A DNA stretch of 41,274 nt, from NCBI GenBank assembly GCA_023411405.1, contig JAEYOU010000117.1, positions 1 to 41,274 of the forward strand, written 5' to 3'. The position numbers and the translations under genes were made by a program. This document shows positions 1 to 10,200 of the stretch, piece by piece. Within the stretch, counting starts at the first letter, position 1; the number at the start of each line of letters is the position of its first letter. The notes under the pieces are model-generated. The model was not told the DNA's origin, did no database searches, and was given only the letters and a program-made list of their open reading frames with translations. This DNA is from Pseudomonadota bacterium. Its GTDB lineage: Bacteria > Myxococcota > Myxococcia > Myxococcales > Anaeromyxobacteraceae.

Positions 1-1
1 G

Positions 2-55
2 GGGCTGCTCGCGCTCGCGGCCGTGCTGCGGCGGCGCTCGCGGGGAGCGGGGTGA
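2..55 (+). CDS. 3' end of a gene entering from the left; C-terminus GLLALAAVLRRRSRGAG* (hydrophobic helix end + Arg cluster, MYXO-CTERM-like sorting tail)
   Basis: Manual translation of frame +2 to TGA at 53-55; only 17 codons are visible. Confidence 0.5.
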   Translation, partial: GLLALAAVLRRRSRGAG

Positions 56-91
56 CGGCGACGCGGGGACGATAGGGCTGTCGGCTCGGGT

Positions 92-124
92 GGCCCCGCG
101 GGGCGCAGGCGTGGTCGCGGGGCC
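92..124. terminator. GC-rich hairpin between convergent genes, possible terminator
   Basis: GGCCCCGCG (92-100) pairs with CGCGGGGCC (116-124); no clear U-tract. Confidence 0.3.
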
Positions 125-174
125 CCACGACGGCGCGCTCGGCCGCATCCGCGTCCGAGCTCCCGAGGTCGCTC

Positions 175-2625
175 TCAGGGTGCTCGCTCTGCCCAGTAGC
201 GTCGGCGCTGGAACGGATAGGTGGGGAGGGGCACTCGCTGACGCCGGGTGTGTGCCTGGTATGCACCCCAGTTCACGTCTACTCCTCCGCACCAGAGCGC
301 GCCCAGGCTGCCGAGAATGACCTCGGCGTCCGACCTCCCCTGTTCCGGAGGAGCGAGTGAGGTAAGGACCGTGCGCAGGGGGTCGAGTGCTCCGGCCTGC
401 GCCGGCCCGACCTCCAGCACAAGGGCGTCCCGCTCCTGGAGCGCTCGCAGCGCCTGCTGCGTCGACACCGCTACCTTGCGCTGCTGGGCGACCCAGTAGT
501 TCGGATCGATCGCCTGCGACGGGGTGATCCAGTCACCGGTGACGCCGGACAGGAAGCGACGGCTTGGACGGCTGAGCTTCGTTGCCTCGAGCTGCAGGTG
601 GAAGCTCGGCAGCTTCCGCGCCGCACGCTGCAACTCGGAAGCCGCGTGCGGAGCCTCGGGGGACGATGGCACGGGGCTCCATCGAGCGCAGGCCAGCAAC
701 AACGCGTCCTCGAGGGAGAAGACCCCGGCCAGACAGGCCGCCACGTACTCACCGACGCCAGCGCCGATCATGAGCCCAGGTTGGACGCCCCACTCCATCC
801 AGAGCTGCGCCAGCGCATACTCGATCGCGACGAGCGCGGGGCCTCCCAGTCCGCTCTGCCAGAGCTGCTCCGCTCGTCCGTCCGACGCAGCCGGCGGGAA
901 GAGGAGCCGGCGCAGCTCGAGCCCGAGCTGCGACCGAAGGAGGTCCGAGCACTGGTCCACGTGGGCGCGGAAGGTCGGCTCGGTCTCGTAGAGCTCCCGA
1001 GCCGTGGCTTCATGGCGCGTCTCGAGATCCGGGAACAGGAAGACGGTCGTCTGCCGGTCGGACGCCCGCGTCGGCAACGCGGGCGGGCCGCCGCTCTCCA
1101 GCGCAGCGGCCGCGTCCTGCATCTCGCGGCACACGACGCTCCGGCGATGTCCGAACGCCTTTCTGCCGACCTGGAGCGTGTAGGCCACGTCGGCGAGGCG
1201 GAGGTCCGGGTGCTGCCGCAGGTGCCGGGCCAAGGTCGCGCTCGCCGCGTCGAGCGCGTCGCGCGTCATCGCCGACAGGACGAGCAGCTGCGGCTGCCGG
1301 GTGGCCGCTCGCTGCGCGACAGGAACCTCCTCGAGGACCATGAAGACGTTGGTGCCACCCAGCCCGAAGGCGTTGACGCCGGCGCGACGCGGGTGACCAA
1401 TCGCCTCGAAGTCACGAAGGCTCTTGTTGACGAAGAACGGGCTGCCAGCAAAGTCGATCTGCGGGTGGGGACGCTCGAAGTGCAGGCTGGCCGGTATCTT
1501 CCCGCGCTCGAGCGCGAGCGCGGCCTTCACGAGGCTGGTCACGCTGGCGGCGGCGCCCAGGTGTCCGACGTTGGTCTTGACGGAGCCGAGCGCGCAGTAC
1601 TGCCTCCTGTCCGTGTGGGCCCGGAAGGCCCGCGTGAGCGCCGCCACCTCGGTCGGATCGCCCATCGCCGTCGCGACGCCGTGCGCCTCGACGTAGCCGA
1701 TGGTCTCCGGATGGACGCCCGCCGTGGCCAGGCACTCCGCGACGGCCTCAGCCTGCCCATCCACCCCCGGCGTCGCGAAGCCCATCTTCCGGGCGCCGTC
1801 GTTGTTGAGGGCGGAGCCCTTGATGACGGCGTGGATGAAGTCGCCGTCCGCCAGCGCCTCTTCGAGCCGCTTGAGGACCACCAAGCAGACGCCGTTGCCG
1901 CCGGCCACCCCCGCGGCGCGGGCGTCAAAAGCCCGGCAGTGCCCGTCCGGTGGGAAGTACCCGCCCTCCTGGTAGAGGTACCCGCAGGTCTGCGGGAGCA
2001 AGATCGACACGCCACCGGCCAGGGCCATGTCGCACTCCCGGCCGAGGAGGCTCTGATACGCCAGGTGAACGGCCGTCAGCGACGTGCAGCAGGCGGTCTG
2101 GACGTTGACGCTGGGCCCCCTGAGCCCAAGCTTGAAGGAGGCTCGAGCGGGCACATAGTCCGCGTGGTTCCCCACCGCCACCGCGAAGCCCGCCATCGAG
2201 ACGGGGACGCGAGGTCGGGGCAAGTACCTCTCGTACGTGCTGGCACCCGCGCCGGCGAAGACCCCGATCCTCCCCGGGTACTTCTCCGGAACGTACCCAG
2301 CGTCCTCGAGCGCTTCCCAGGCGCACTCCAGGAACACCCGGTGCTGCGGATCCAGGACGGTGGCCTCCTCCGGCGGAATCCCGAAGAACTCGGCGTCGAA
2401 CAGGTCGACGCCCTCGAGCAACCCCCAGGCCTTGACGTAGTGCGGGTCCCGGAGGACCGCCGGGTCCGACACGACGGCCTCCGCGTCGGAGAAGAAGGCG
2501 ATCGACTCCACGCCGTCCACCAGGTTTCGCCAGAGCTGCTCGACGTTCTTCGCTCCGGGGAAGCGCCCCGCCATCCCGACGATCGCAACGTCGCAGAGGT
2601 TGTCCTGCGGCTCGGCCTCGCTCAT
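175..2625 (-). CDS. Stand-alone type I PKS didomain: KS + degenerate AT, no ACP/TE (816 aa)
   Basis: ATG at 2625 overlaps the upstream TGA (TGATG). KS motifs VAIVGMAGRFPGA, QTACCTS, EAHGVAT, KTNVGH. AT active-site GHSxG replaced by GAGVGEY (745-765). Ends right after the post-AT linker LPTYPFQRRRYW. Confidence 0.9.
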   Translation of the reverse strand: MSEAEPQDNLCDVAIVGMAGRFPGAKNVEQLWRNLVDGVESIAFFSDAEAVVSDPAVLRDPHYVKAWGLLEGVDLFDAEFFGIPPEEATVLDPQHRVFLECAWEALEDAGYVPEKYPGRIGVFAGAGASTYERYLPRPRVPVSMAGFAVAVGNHADYVPARASFKLGLRGPSVNVQTACCTSLTAVHLAYQSLLGRECDMALAGGVSILLPQTCGYLYQEGGYFPPDGHCRAFDARAAGVAGGNGVCLVVLKRLEEALADGDFIHAVIKGSALNNDGARKMGFATPGVDGQAEAVAECLATAGVHPETIGYVEAHGVATAMGDPTEVAALTRAFRAHTDRRQYCALGSVKTNVGHLGAAASVTSLVKAALALERGKIPASLHFERPHPQIDFAGSPFFVNKSLRDFEAIGHPRRAGVNAFGLGGTNVFMVLEEVPVAQRAATRQPQLLVLSAMTRDALDAASATLARHLRQHPDLRLADVAYTLQVGRKAFGHRRSVVCREMQDAAAALESGGPPALPTRASDRQTTVFLFPDLETRHEATARELYETEPTFRAHVDQCSDLLRSQLGLELRRLLFPPAASDGRAEQLWQSGLGGPALVAIEYALAQLWMEWGVQPGLMIGAGVGEYVAACLAGVFSLEDALLLACARWSPVPSSPEAPHAASELQRAARKLPSFHLQLEATKLSRPSRRFLSGVTGDWITPSQAIDPNYWVAQQRKVAVSTQQALRALQERDALVLEVGPAQAGALDPLRTVLTSLAPPEQGRSDAEVILGSLGALWCGGVDVNWGAYQAHTRRQRVPLPTYPFQRRRYWAERAP

Positions 2626-5600
2626 CAGGACCTCCGCCGTCGCATCGCTGCCCTGCGTGCGGTACCCCGGCCCATGCTCTCCTCGAAGTTCTGCGACGTC
2701 GGCGCCCGGCCGACGAGCTCCGCCCATCCGCGCACCGTGGGGTTCCTGAAGATGTCGACGATGGGGATCTCCCTCGCGTACGTCTCCTGGAGCTTGCGCT
2801 GGACGCGCACCATCAGCAGCGAGTCACCGCCCACCTCGAAGAAGTTGTCGTGCACGCCCAGGCGAGCGACGTGGAGCAGCTCCTGCGTGAAGCTCGCGAT
2901 CGTCTGCTCCACCTCGTTGCTGGGCGCCACGTACTCCGATCTGGCCTGGTGCAATGCCTTCTGGCCCGGCGAGGGCAAGGCCCGGCGATCCACCTTGCCG
3001 TTGGGGGTGAGCGGCAACTCGTCCAGCACCACGTAGGTCGAGGGCACCATGTGCGCGGGGAGCTTGGCCTTCAGGAACGAGGCCAGCGCGTCCTGCTTGA
3101 ACCGCCGTGCGGTGGGAGGCGCCTGGGCGAGCATCACGTGCTGGCCCAGGCGCGCGGTCGCGTCGCCAGGCTCCGGGAAGGCAGCGAAGCGCGAGAACCC
3201 GCGAGCGAGGAGGAGCCGCTCCCACTCGCCTGGCGGGAGGAAGGGGACGTTTCGCTCCGTCCGCTCGTCGTCGAACGCGCTCATGCCCTCGATGAACCCC
3301 ACCGTCATCATCTGCCAGCGGGCGTAGCGCGTCCCCTCGACCATCAGCAGCACTCCCCCCGGCGCGAGCAGCGAGAGGAGGTTCGGCAGGGTCTGCTGCA
3401 GGCTCCGCGCGTCATGGAGCACGTTGGCGGCCACGATCGCGTCGTAGGCGTGCAGCGCGTAGCCCTGCACCTCCGGACCTTCGTCGATGTTCAGCAGGCC
3501 GTACTCGACGAACGGGTACTCCCGGAACTTCTGCCGGGCCTGATCCGTGAAGAACGTGGATCGATCGGTGTACGTGTAGACGGTCGCATCGGGCGGCAGG
3601 CGCGGCAGCAGCGAGGCCGTCGTCCCGCCGGTGCCGGCGCCAACCTCGAGCACCCGCAACGGCTGCCCGGCCGGCCACCGCCTCGCCAGCCCCTCCATCA
3701 CCCCCGCCGCGATGGCGTTGTAGTACTGCGACACGGGGTTGAACTGGTACAGGCTCTCGGCGGTCTCCCACGAGCCGCCCGGGAAGAAGAGGTCGAGCGG
3801 GTCCGCCTGCCCCCGGAGCATGGCCGTCAGGTGGGCTCCGCTCTCCGTCAAGTACGAGAGGAGCGCCTGCGCTTCCGACCCGACCTCTCCGGCGCCTCGC
3901 TGGAGTCGGTCCCACTCCTCGCGCTGCCTGTCCGGCAGGTCCGTCGGCAGGGGCTCCGGGCAGGCATAGGCCTCCCCTCGGCTCCGGAGCAGGCCCTCCT
4001 CACGAAGCGCCTCGAGCCACTGGCCCACGAGCTTCCGGTAACGGGGCAGGATCTCGAAGCGCGTCAGCAGCTCGTCCAAGGTGTGGGCGGCTCCCGCCTG
4101 TTCGAACGCGCCCAGCTCCCTGAGAGCGCGGCACAGGTATCCGATGCTCAGCCTGTCCAGGGCGTCCATGGCGCGCGCGAGGCCATCGAGGTCGGCGGGA
4201 GCACGCTTCGCCTGCGACCCTCCCGCGTCCACCAGGTGATCCCAGCGGAGCTGCACCTGCGCGGCGTCCGCCGTGTCCGTCTCGAACAGCTCCGCGTCCT
4301 TGCCTGGAGCGGGCACGATGTATGCGACGAGTTGCTTGTCGCCGCGCGGATCGCCTACCGCCTGCACGACCCCGGTACGCAGGCCCGGATGGCGCTCCAG
4401 CGTCGCCTCGATCTCGCCGAGCTCCACCCGGTGCCCGCGGATCTTCACCTGCGAGTCGTCCCGCCCCAGGAACTCGACGTTGCCGTCGGGCAGGTACCGC
4501 CCCCAGTCGCCGGTGCGGTACAGCCGTTCGCCGGTCCGTGGGTGAACGATGAAGCGGGCGCGGGTCTTCTCGTCGTCACGCCAGTACCCCTTCGCCAACC
4601 CGACGCCGCCGATGTAGAGCTCTCCGGGCACCCAGACCGGGCGAAGCTCGAGCCGGGCGTCGAGCACCTCGAGGGTCTGGTTCACCATCGGTCTGCCGTA
4701 CGGGATGCTCTTCCAGCCCGGCTCCACGCGACCGACGGGGTAGAGGATCGACCAGATCGAGGCCTCCGTCGCGCCGCCGAGGCTGACGACGGCGAGCGGC
4801 GCCTCGGCGCGCTCGCGGATGCGGTCGGGAAGCGTCACCGGGATCCAGTCGCCGCTCATCATCACCAGGCGCAGGGATGCGGGCAGCCGCCTCCTCATCC
4901 CCTCGACGTACTCGACGAGCATCTCCATCAGCTCGGGCACCGTGTTCCAGAGCGTGACCTGATGCTCCTCGAGGAGGCGGGCCCAATGCGCTGGATCGCG
5001 ACCCCCTCCCGCAGAGGGGATCACCACCGTCCCGCCGGCCCCCAGGACGCCGAACAGGTCGTAGACCGACAGGTCGAAGCTGAGGGACGAGAGCGCCAGC
5101 ACCCGATCGCGCGGCTGGACCCCGAAGCGCCGATTCACGTCCAGGCAGGTGTTGAGCGCGCCGCGATGGTCGATCATCACTCCCTTGGGCGCTCCCGTGG
5201 ACCCGGAGGTGAAGATGACGTAGGCAAGGTCGTCCGGCGACTGGACCGGCGCCGGGGAGGAGTCGTCCGCGTCCTCCCAGGCACGATCACCGATGACGAC
5301 ACGCCGGATCTCGGCGGGCCAGTCGAAGCTCCTGTCGATCCAGGGCTGCGTGAGGACGACCGACACCCCTCCATTCTCCAGGAGGAAGCGAACCCGCTCC
5401 GGAGGGAGCGCCGGGTCGATCGGGAGGTAGGCGGCTCCTGACGCCAGGACGCCCAACGCCGCCACGACCTGCTCCCAGCCCTTCTCCATCACGATCCCGA
5501 TCAGCTGGTTGGGACGAGCGCCGAGCTGCCGGAGCCGGTTGCCGACCTGGTTGGACCGACGATGGACCTCGCCGTAAGAGAGCGTGCGGAGCGGGGTGAT

Positions 5601-7250
5601 GATGGCCGGGAGGTCGGGGGCGTGCACCGCATGCTGGAGGAACGGCTGGTGGAGCAGGCCGTCCGGCACGGGTTCCCTCGTCGCGCTGATCGCCGCGCGC
5701 TGCTCCAGCTGGGCTTCCGGCACGAGCGTGAAGGACGATCCCCACGCCTGCGGCTCGTCGGCGAGTCGCCGCAGCAGCCGGCAGTAGGCGCCGAACATGT
5801 CGTCCAGCATCCCGGGCGGGAAGAGCTCCTCGACGGCGTCCCAGCTGAGCACCAGCGCACCGCGCTCCTCGAACACCTGGTGATCGAGCCACACCTGAGG
5901 AGTCTGGCTGACGCCAAACACGCTCCTGCCGAGCTCGGTGAAGGAAGAGATCTCCTGGCCCGCATCCTCCAGCGCCAGCGCGCTGGTGAAGACGACGGGC
6001 ATGCCGGACATGGCGGCGTGCCCCTGTGCGCGGGACAGCTCACGCAGGACGCGCACGCCGTTCACCTGGCTGTGCTCGAGGTCCTGCCAGAGCTGCTCGT
6101 GGATGCGCCGCGCATGCGCCTCGAAGCTGTCGGGCGAGCCGTCCACCTCGACCAGGATCGTCGCGGTGAAGTCGCCGACGACTTCGGTCACCTGGGGATG
6201 GAGCGGGAGCCGGTTGAAGTAGGTGAGGTTGAGCGTGAAGCGCGGGCTCTTGCTCCACGAGGCCAGCACCCTCGAGAAGGCCGCGAGGACCACCTCCGAC
6301 GGCGTCAGGTGGGCGCGGGACGCGTTCGCCCGGAGACGTCCCCAGGTCTCGGGGTCGACGGTCTCGCGACGCCGGACGAAGCGCGGCTGGGTCACGGCAG
6401 CAGGCGCCTTGGCCAGCGGCAGCTCGACCGAGCCCGGCATCGTCGCCAGGCGATCTCGCCAGTAGTTCAGATCGCGCTGGTAGCTCTCCGACGTCTCGAG
6501 CGCTGCCTGGGCCAGGACATAGTCGCGGAAGGAGAGCTCCAGGGGAGCGAGCCGCGCCTGGGGATCGCGGTAGAGCTGGAGCAGCTCGGCGAGCACGATC
6601 CGAGAGCTCCAGACGTCTCCCACCAGCAGGTCGAAGCTGATGTGGAGCCGCGTCACCCGATCGTCGAGCCGGCTTGCGCGCACCTCGAACAGCGGCCACT
6701 GGTCGGCGGGCAGCACCTGGTGCGACATGCGCTCGCGGATCGCCTCGAGCTCGCGCGCCTGCTCCTCCGGCGCCCGCCCTCTGAGATCCAGCACCTCGAT
6801 CCGGTAGGGGGGCACCTGCTCCAGGATCCGCTGGTGCCCGTCGGACAGCACGACCGCGCGGAGCATGTCGTGACGCTCCACGACCTTCTGCCAGGCGCAG
6901 CCAAAGCGCTCCAGGTCGAGGTCGTCGTAGTCGTCCTCGGTGTACGAGTGGCAGGCCACATTCCCGAGTTCGAACGCTCCGCTCCGCCCGAGCCAGTAGG
7001 CTCGCTGGATGTCGGTGAGCGGGAACGGCTCGTGGCGCTGCGCCGGCGCGGGCACGAGCGTCGGAGCCGAGCCCCCCTTTCCTCGTCGCTCGCGCAGGAG
7101 GGTGACCAGCTGCGCCTTGTGCGCCGTCAGCCGCTCCCGCAGCCCGGGCGTGAGCGTCCCCTCAGGCGCGCGGTAGCGCAGCCGCTCACCCTCCAGCCAC
7201 AGCTCCACGCCTTGCTTGGTCAGGTCACCCAGCAGCTCGTCCATGCTCAT
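2625..7250 (-). CDS. NRPS: N-terminal docking domain-Cy-A(Cys)-embedded MT-PCP (1541 aa)
   Basis: ATG at 7250 overlaps the upstream stop (ATGA). TubC-N-like start (LLGDLTKQGVELWLEGERLRYRAP); Cy motif DLLVGDVWS and SQTPQVWLD; A motifs YVIFTSGSTGAPKGV, FDLSVYD, GGATEASIWS (hand-read code DLYNMSLIW = Cys); MT VLEVGAGTGG / ANVLH inserted near the A C-terminus; PCP FFEVGGDSL. Confidence 0.93.
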   Translation of the reverse strand: MSMDELLGDLTKQGVELWLEGERLRYRAPEGTLTPGLRERLTAHKAQLVTLLRERRGKGGSAPTLVPAPAQRHEPFPLTDIQRAYWLGRSGAFELGNVACHSYTEDDYDDLDLERFGCAWQKVVERHDMLRAVVLSDGHQRILEQVPPYRIEVLDLRGRAPEEQARELEAIRERMSHQVLPADQWPLFEVRASRLDDRVTRLHISFDLLVGDVWSSRIVLAELLQLYRDPQARLAPLELSFRDYVLAQAALETSESYQRDLNYWRDRLATMPGSVELPLAKAPAAVTQPRFVRRRETVDPETWGRLRANASRAHLTPSEVVLAAFSRVLASWSKSPRFTLNLTYFNRLPLHPQVTEVVGDFTATILVEVDGSPDSFEAHARRIHEQLWQDLEHSQVNGVRVLRELSRAQGHAAMSGMPVVFTSALALEDAGQEISSFTELGRSVFGVSQTPQVWLDHQVFEERGALVLSWDAVEELFPPGMLDDMFGAYCRLLRRLADEPQAWGSSFTLVPEAQLEQRAAISATREPVPDGLLHQPFLQHAVHAPDLPAIITPLRTLSYGEVHRRSNQVGNRLRQLGARPNQLIGIVMEKGWEQVVAALGVLASGAAYLPIDPALPPERVRFLLENGGVSVVLTQPWIDRSFDWPAEIRRVVIGDRAWEDADDSSPAPVQSPDDLAYVIFTSGSTGAPKGVMIDHRGALNTCLDVNRRFGVQPRDRVLALSSLSFDLSVYDLFGVLGAGGTVVIPSAGGGRDPAHWARLLEEHQVTLWNTVPELMEMLVEYVEGMRRRLPASLRLVMMSGDWIPVTLPDRIRERAEAPLAVVSLGGATEASIWSILYPVGRVEPGWKSIPYGRPMVNQTLEVLDARLELRPVWVPGELYIGGVGLAKGYWRDDEKTRARFIVHPRTGERLYRTGDWGRYLPDGNVEFLGRDDSQVKIRGHRVELGEIEATLERHPGLRTGVVQAVGDPRGDKQLVAYIVPAPGKDAELFETDTADAAQVQLRWDHLVDAGGSQAKRAPADLDGLARAMDALDRLSIGYLCRALRELGAFEQAGAAHTLDELLTRFEILPRYRKLVGQWLEALREEGLLRSRGEAYACPEPLPTDLPDRQREEWDRLQRGAGEVGSEAQALLSYLTESGAHLTAMLRGQADPLDLFFPGGSWETAESLYQFNPVSQYYNAIAAGVMEGLARRWPAGQPLRVLEVGAGTGGTTASLLPRLPPDATVYTYTDRSTFFTDQARQKFREYPFVEYGLLNIDEGPEVQGYALHAYDAIVAANVLHDARSLQQTLPNLLSLLAPGGVLLMVEGTRYARWQMMTVGFIEGMSAFDDERTERNVPFLPPGEWERLLLARGFSRFAAFPEPGDATARLGQHVMLAQAPPTARRFKQDALASFLKAKLPAHMVPSTYVVLDELPLTPNGKVDRRALPSPGQKALHQARSEYVAPSNEVEQTIASFTQELLHVARLGVHDNFFEVGGDSLLMVRVQRKLQETYAREIPIVDIFRNPTVRGWAELVGRAPTSQNFEESMGRGTARRAAMRRRRS

Positions 7251-10200
7251 AGCTCGCCCTCCTCCCACCCGATCCGTCCGCCCAGCAGCGTGTGGACATG
7301 GACGTGGCTCTCGTCGAGATCGAAGAGCTGCGCGATCGGCTCGAACTGGATGTTGCCGATCTGACAGAGCCCGATCCGACAAGACGGCGCCGTGCTCTCC
7401 AGGAGCTGCGCCATGAGTCCGGCCTCGACCAGCGCGAAGTCCCGACTCCTCTTGCCGTACAGCGGCGCGATGGCGCCGAGCTGCGCGATGAAGAAGATGG
7501 AGAAGGCCGACTCGTCGAAGATCGTCTGGTTCTCGAAGAAGTGGATCTTGCGGTCGATCCGACCCGTGCCGGACAGCAGCACGAGACCGTTCCCCGCCGG
7601 GTCGTGGTAGTACACGCCCCCGGCGACGCCCTCGACCCGACCCGGCTTGACGAACAGGTACGTCTGGACGGCGTAGGTGGGGCCGGCAGAGCCGTAGAGG
7701 TACTTGGGAAGACCGTCCACGGTGAGCGGGCACAGGCAGCGCAGCAGCCTGCCGAGCTGCTCCAGCGCGATCGGCTGGCGCACGAACCGGCGGTGGCTGC
7801 GCCGCTCTGCGTACAGCCTCCGCATGGCCTCGTCCAGCTCCGGCGCGGGCAGCCCGATTCGCGCGGGCGCCCCGGAGATCGAACGCACGCCGTGCCGCGC
7901 CTTCTTGAACCTCTCTCGCTCCTCGGGATCGAGCAGCACCTTGAACGACGCCAGGATTGGGTCCTCCGACGCTCCCGCCGCTGCGGGCGCCTCGCCCGGG
8001 CCCAGGCGTTGCTCGTAGAACGAGGCGATCCCACCGAGCGTCTGGATGCGGAAGAACTCGGCGAGCTCCGGCCGGGAGCCGAACTCCTTCTCCAGGAGGT
8101 TGGCCATCCGGATCAGGTCGACCGAGGTCGCGCCGAGCTCCAGGAAGTTGGTGCCTCCGTCCACCTTCTGCTTCAGCACCTCCTCCGCGATCGAGACGAC
8201 CTTCGCCGTGACTCCGCTCCCGGCGGCCCGCGCCGGCGAAGCCGCCGTCGCGTCGGGGGCAGGCAGGGCCTTCCGATCCACCTTGCCGTTGGCGGTGAGC
8301 GGCAAGGCGCTCAGGGACACGTAGGTGCCCGGCACCATGTACGCGGGGAGCTTGCGCTCGAGCCACTCGCGGAGGCCGGCGGGAGTGGGCGCCTCGGCCG
8401 CGGCAGAGGGCACCACGTAGGCGACGAGCCGCCGATCGCCGCGCGGATCGCCGATGGCCGCGACGGCGACGGTCCGGACGGCTGGGTGCTGCTCCAGCGC
8501 GGCCTCGATCTCCCCGAGCTCGATCCGGTAACCATGGACCTTGACCTGAAGATCCTCCCGCCCCAGGAACTCGATGTCCCCGTTCGGCAGGTAACGCCCC
8601 AGGTCGCCGGTCGCGTAGAGCCGCTCGCCGGTCCGGGGATGGGTGATGAACCGGGCCCGGGTCTTCTCCTCGTCTCCCCAGTAGCCGCGCGCCAGGCCGA
8701 CGCCGCCGATGTAGAGCTGGCCGGAGACCCAGACCGGACAGGGCTCCAGCAGCGCGTTGAGGACGTGGAACTGCTGGTTCACCATCGGCTTGCCGTACGG
8801 GATGCTCTTCCACTCCGGATCGACGTGGTCGATGGGGTGGAGGATGGACCAGATCGAGGCCTCGGTGGCGCCGCCGAGGGACACGATCTGGACGTCGCGC
8901 CGCGCGAGGCGCCGGATCCGGTCCGGGAGCGCCACCGGGATCCAGTCACCGCTCATCAGCACGACGCGCAGCGACGGCGGGAGGTGGGAACCGCGACCGG
9001 CCTCGTACTCGACCAGCAGCTCCATCAGCGCAGGGACGCTGTTCCAGAGCGTCACTCGCTCGCGCTCCACGAGCGCCGCCCAGTGAGCGGGGTCACGCCG
9101 CTCTTCCCGGGAGGGGAGGACGACGGTGCCGCCGGCGCCCAGCACACCGAACACGTCGTACACGGAGAGATCGAACCAGAGCGCCGACAGGGCCAGCACG
9201 CGGTCGTCCGGGCCCACCGCGAAGCGCTCGTTGACGTCCACGCAGGTGTTGAGCGCGCCGCGATGATCGATCATCACGCCCTTCGGAGCGCCCGTCGATC
9301 CGGAGGTGAAGATCACGTAGGCCAGGTCCTCGGGGGCCTGGACCGAGGCCAGCGGACGGTCGTCCACGCCCACCCACGACGCGTCCTCGACCACCAGGCG
9401 AACGCTCCCCGCCGGCCAGCGCACGGCGTCGCGCAGCTGCGGCTGCGTGAGCACCACCTCGACCTGCCCATTCTCGAGCAGGTAGCGGATCCGTTCCTCG
9501 GGGAGCGATGGATCGATGGGCAGGTAGGCCGCGCCCGAGGACAGCACGCCCATCACCGCGACCACCTGCTCCCACCCCTTCTCCATGACCACGCCGACGA
9601 GCCGATTGGGCTTCGCGCCCAGCTCGCGCAGACGCCGGCCCAGCTGGTCGGCGCGCCGCCGCAGCTCGCCGTACGTCAAGCTGCGCTCCCCGGACACGAC
9701 GGCGATCTGCTCGGGCCGCCGCGCCGCCTGCGCGAGGAAGGGCTCGTGGAGCAGCCCGCTCGGCACCGGCGCCTGGGTCCCGTTCGCGGAGGCGCGCTGT
9801 GCGAGCTGCGCCGCGGGGACGAGCCGTGGAGTGGCCTCCTGCCACGCCTCGTCACCGTCGGCGAGACGCTGAACGAACCCGCGGTAGGCCGCGAGCATGT
9901 CGTCGAGCATCCCCGCCGGGAAAAGCTCTTCCAGCGCGTCCCAGCTCAAGACCAGCTTGCCGTCTTGCTCGAAGACCTGGTGGTCCAGCCAGACCTGCGG
10001 CGTCTGCGAGACGCCATAGACCTGCTTGCCCTCGCCCATGAGGAGGGACTTCGCTCCGCCCCAGGACTCCTGGACGAGCGTGCTCGTGAAGACCACGGGT
10101 ACGGACGCCGTCTGGCTGCTCCGGAGCCGGATGAGCTCGCGCTGAACCTGGACACCGCCGACATAGCGATGCTCCAGATCCTCCCAGAGCCGCTCCTGCA

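Noticed and set aside
7251..8813. N-terminal extension of the listed 2062-aa ORF, and similar extensions on the ACAD, barrel, ATPase, permease, SDR, CPBP and AraC ORFs
   Set aside because: They overlap upstream genes in another frame and are Arg/Pro/Gly-rich nonsense; true starts mostly coincide with ATGA/GTGA stop-start overlaps or RBS-preceded codons
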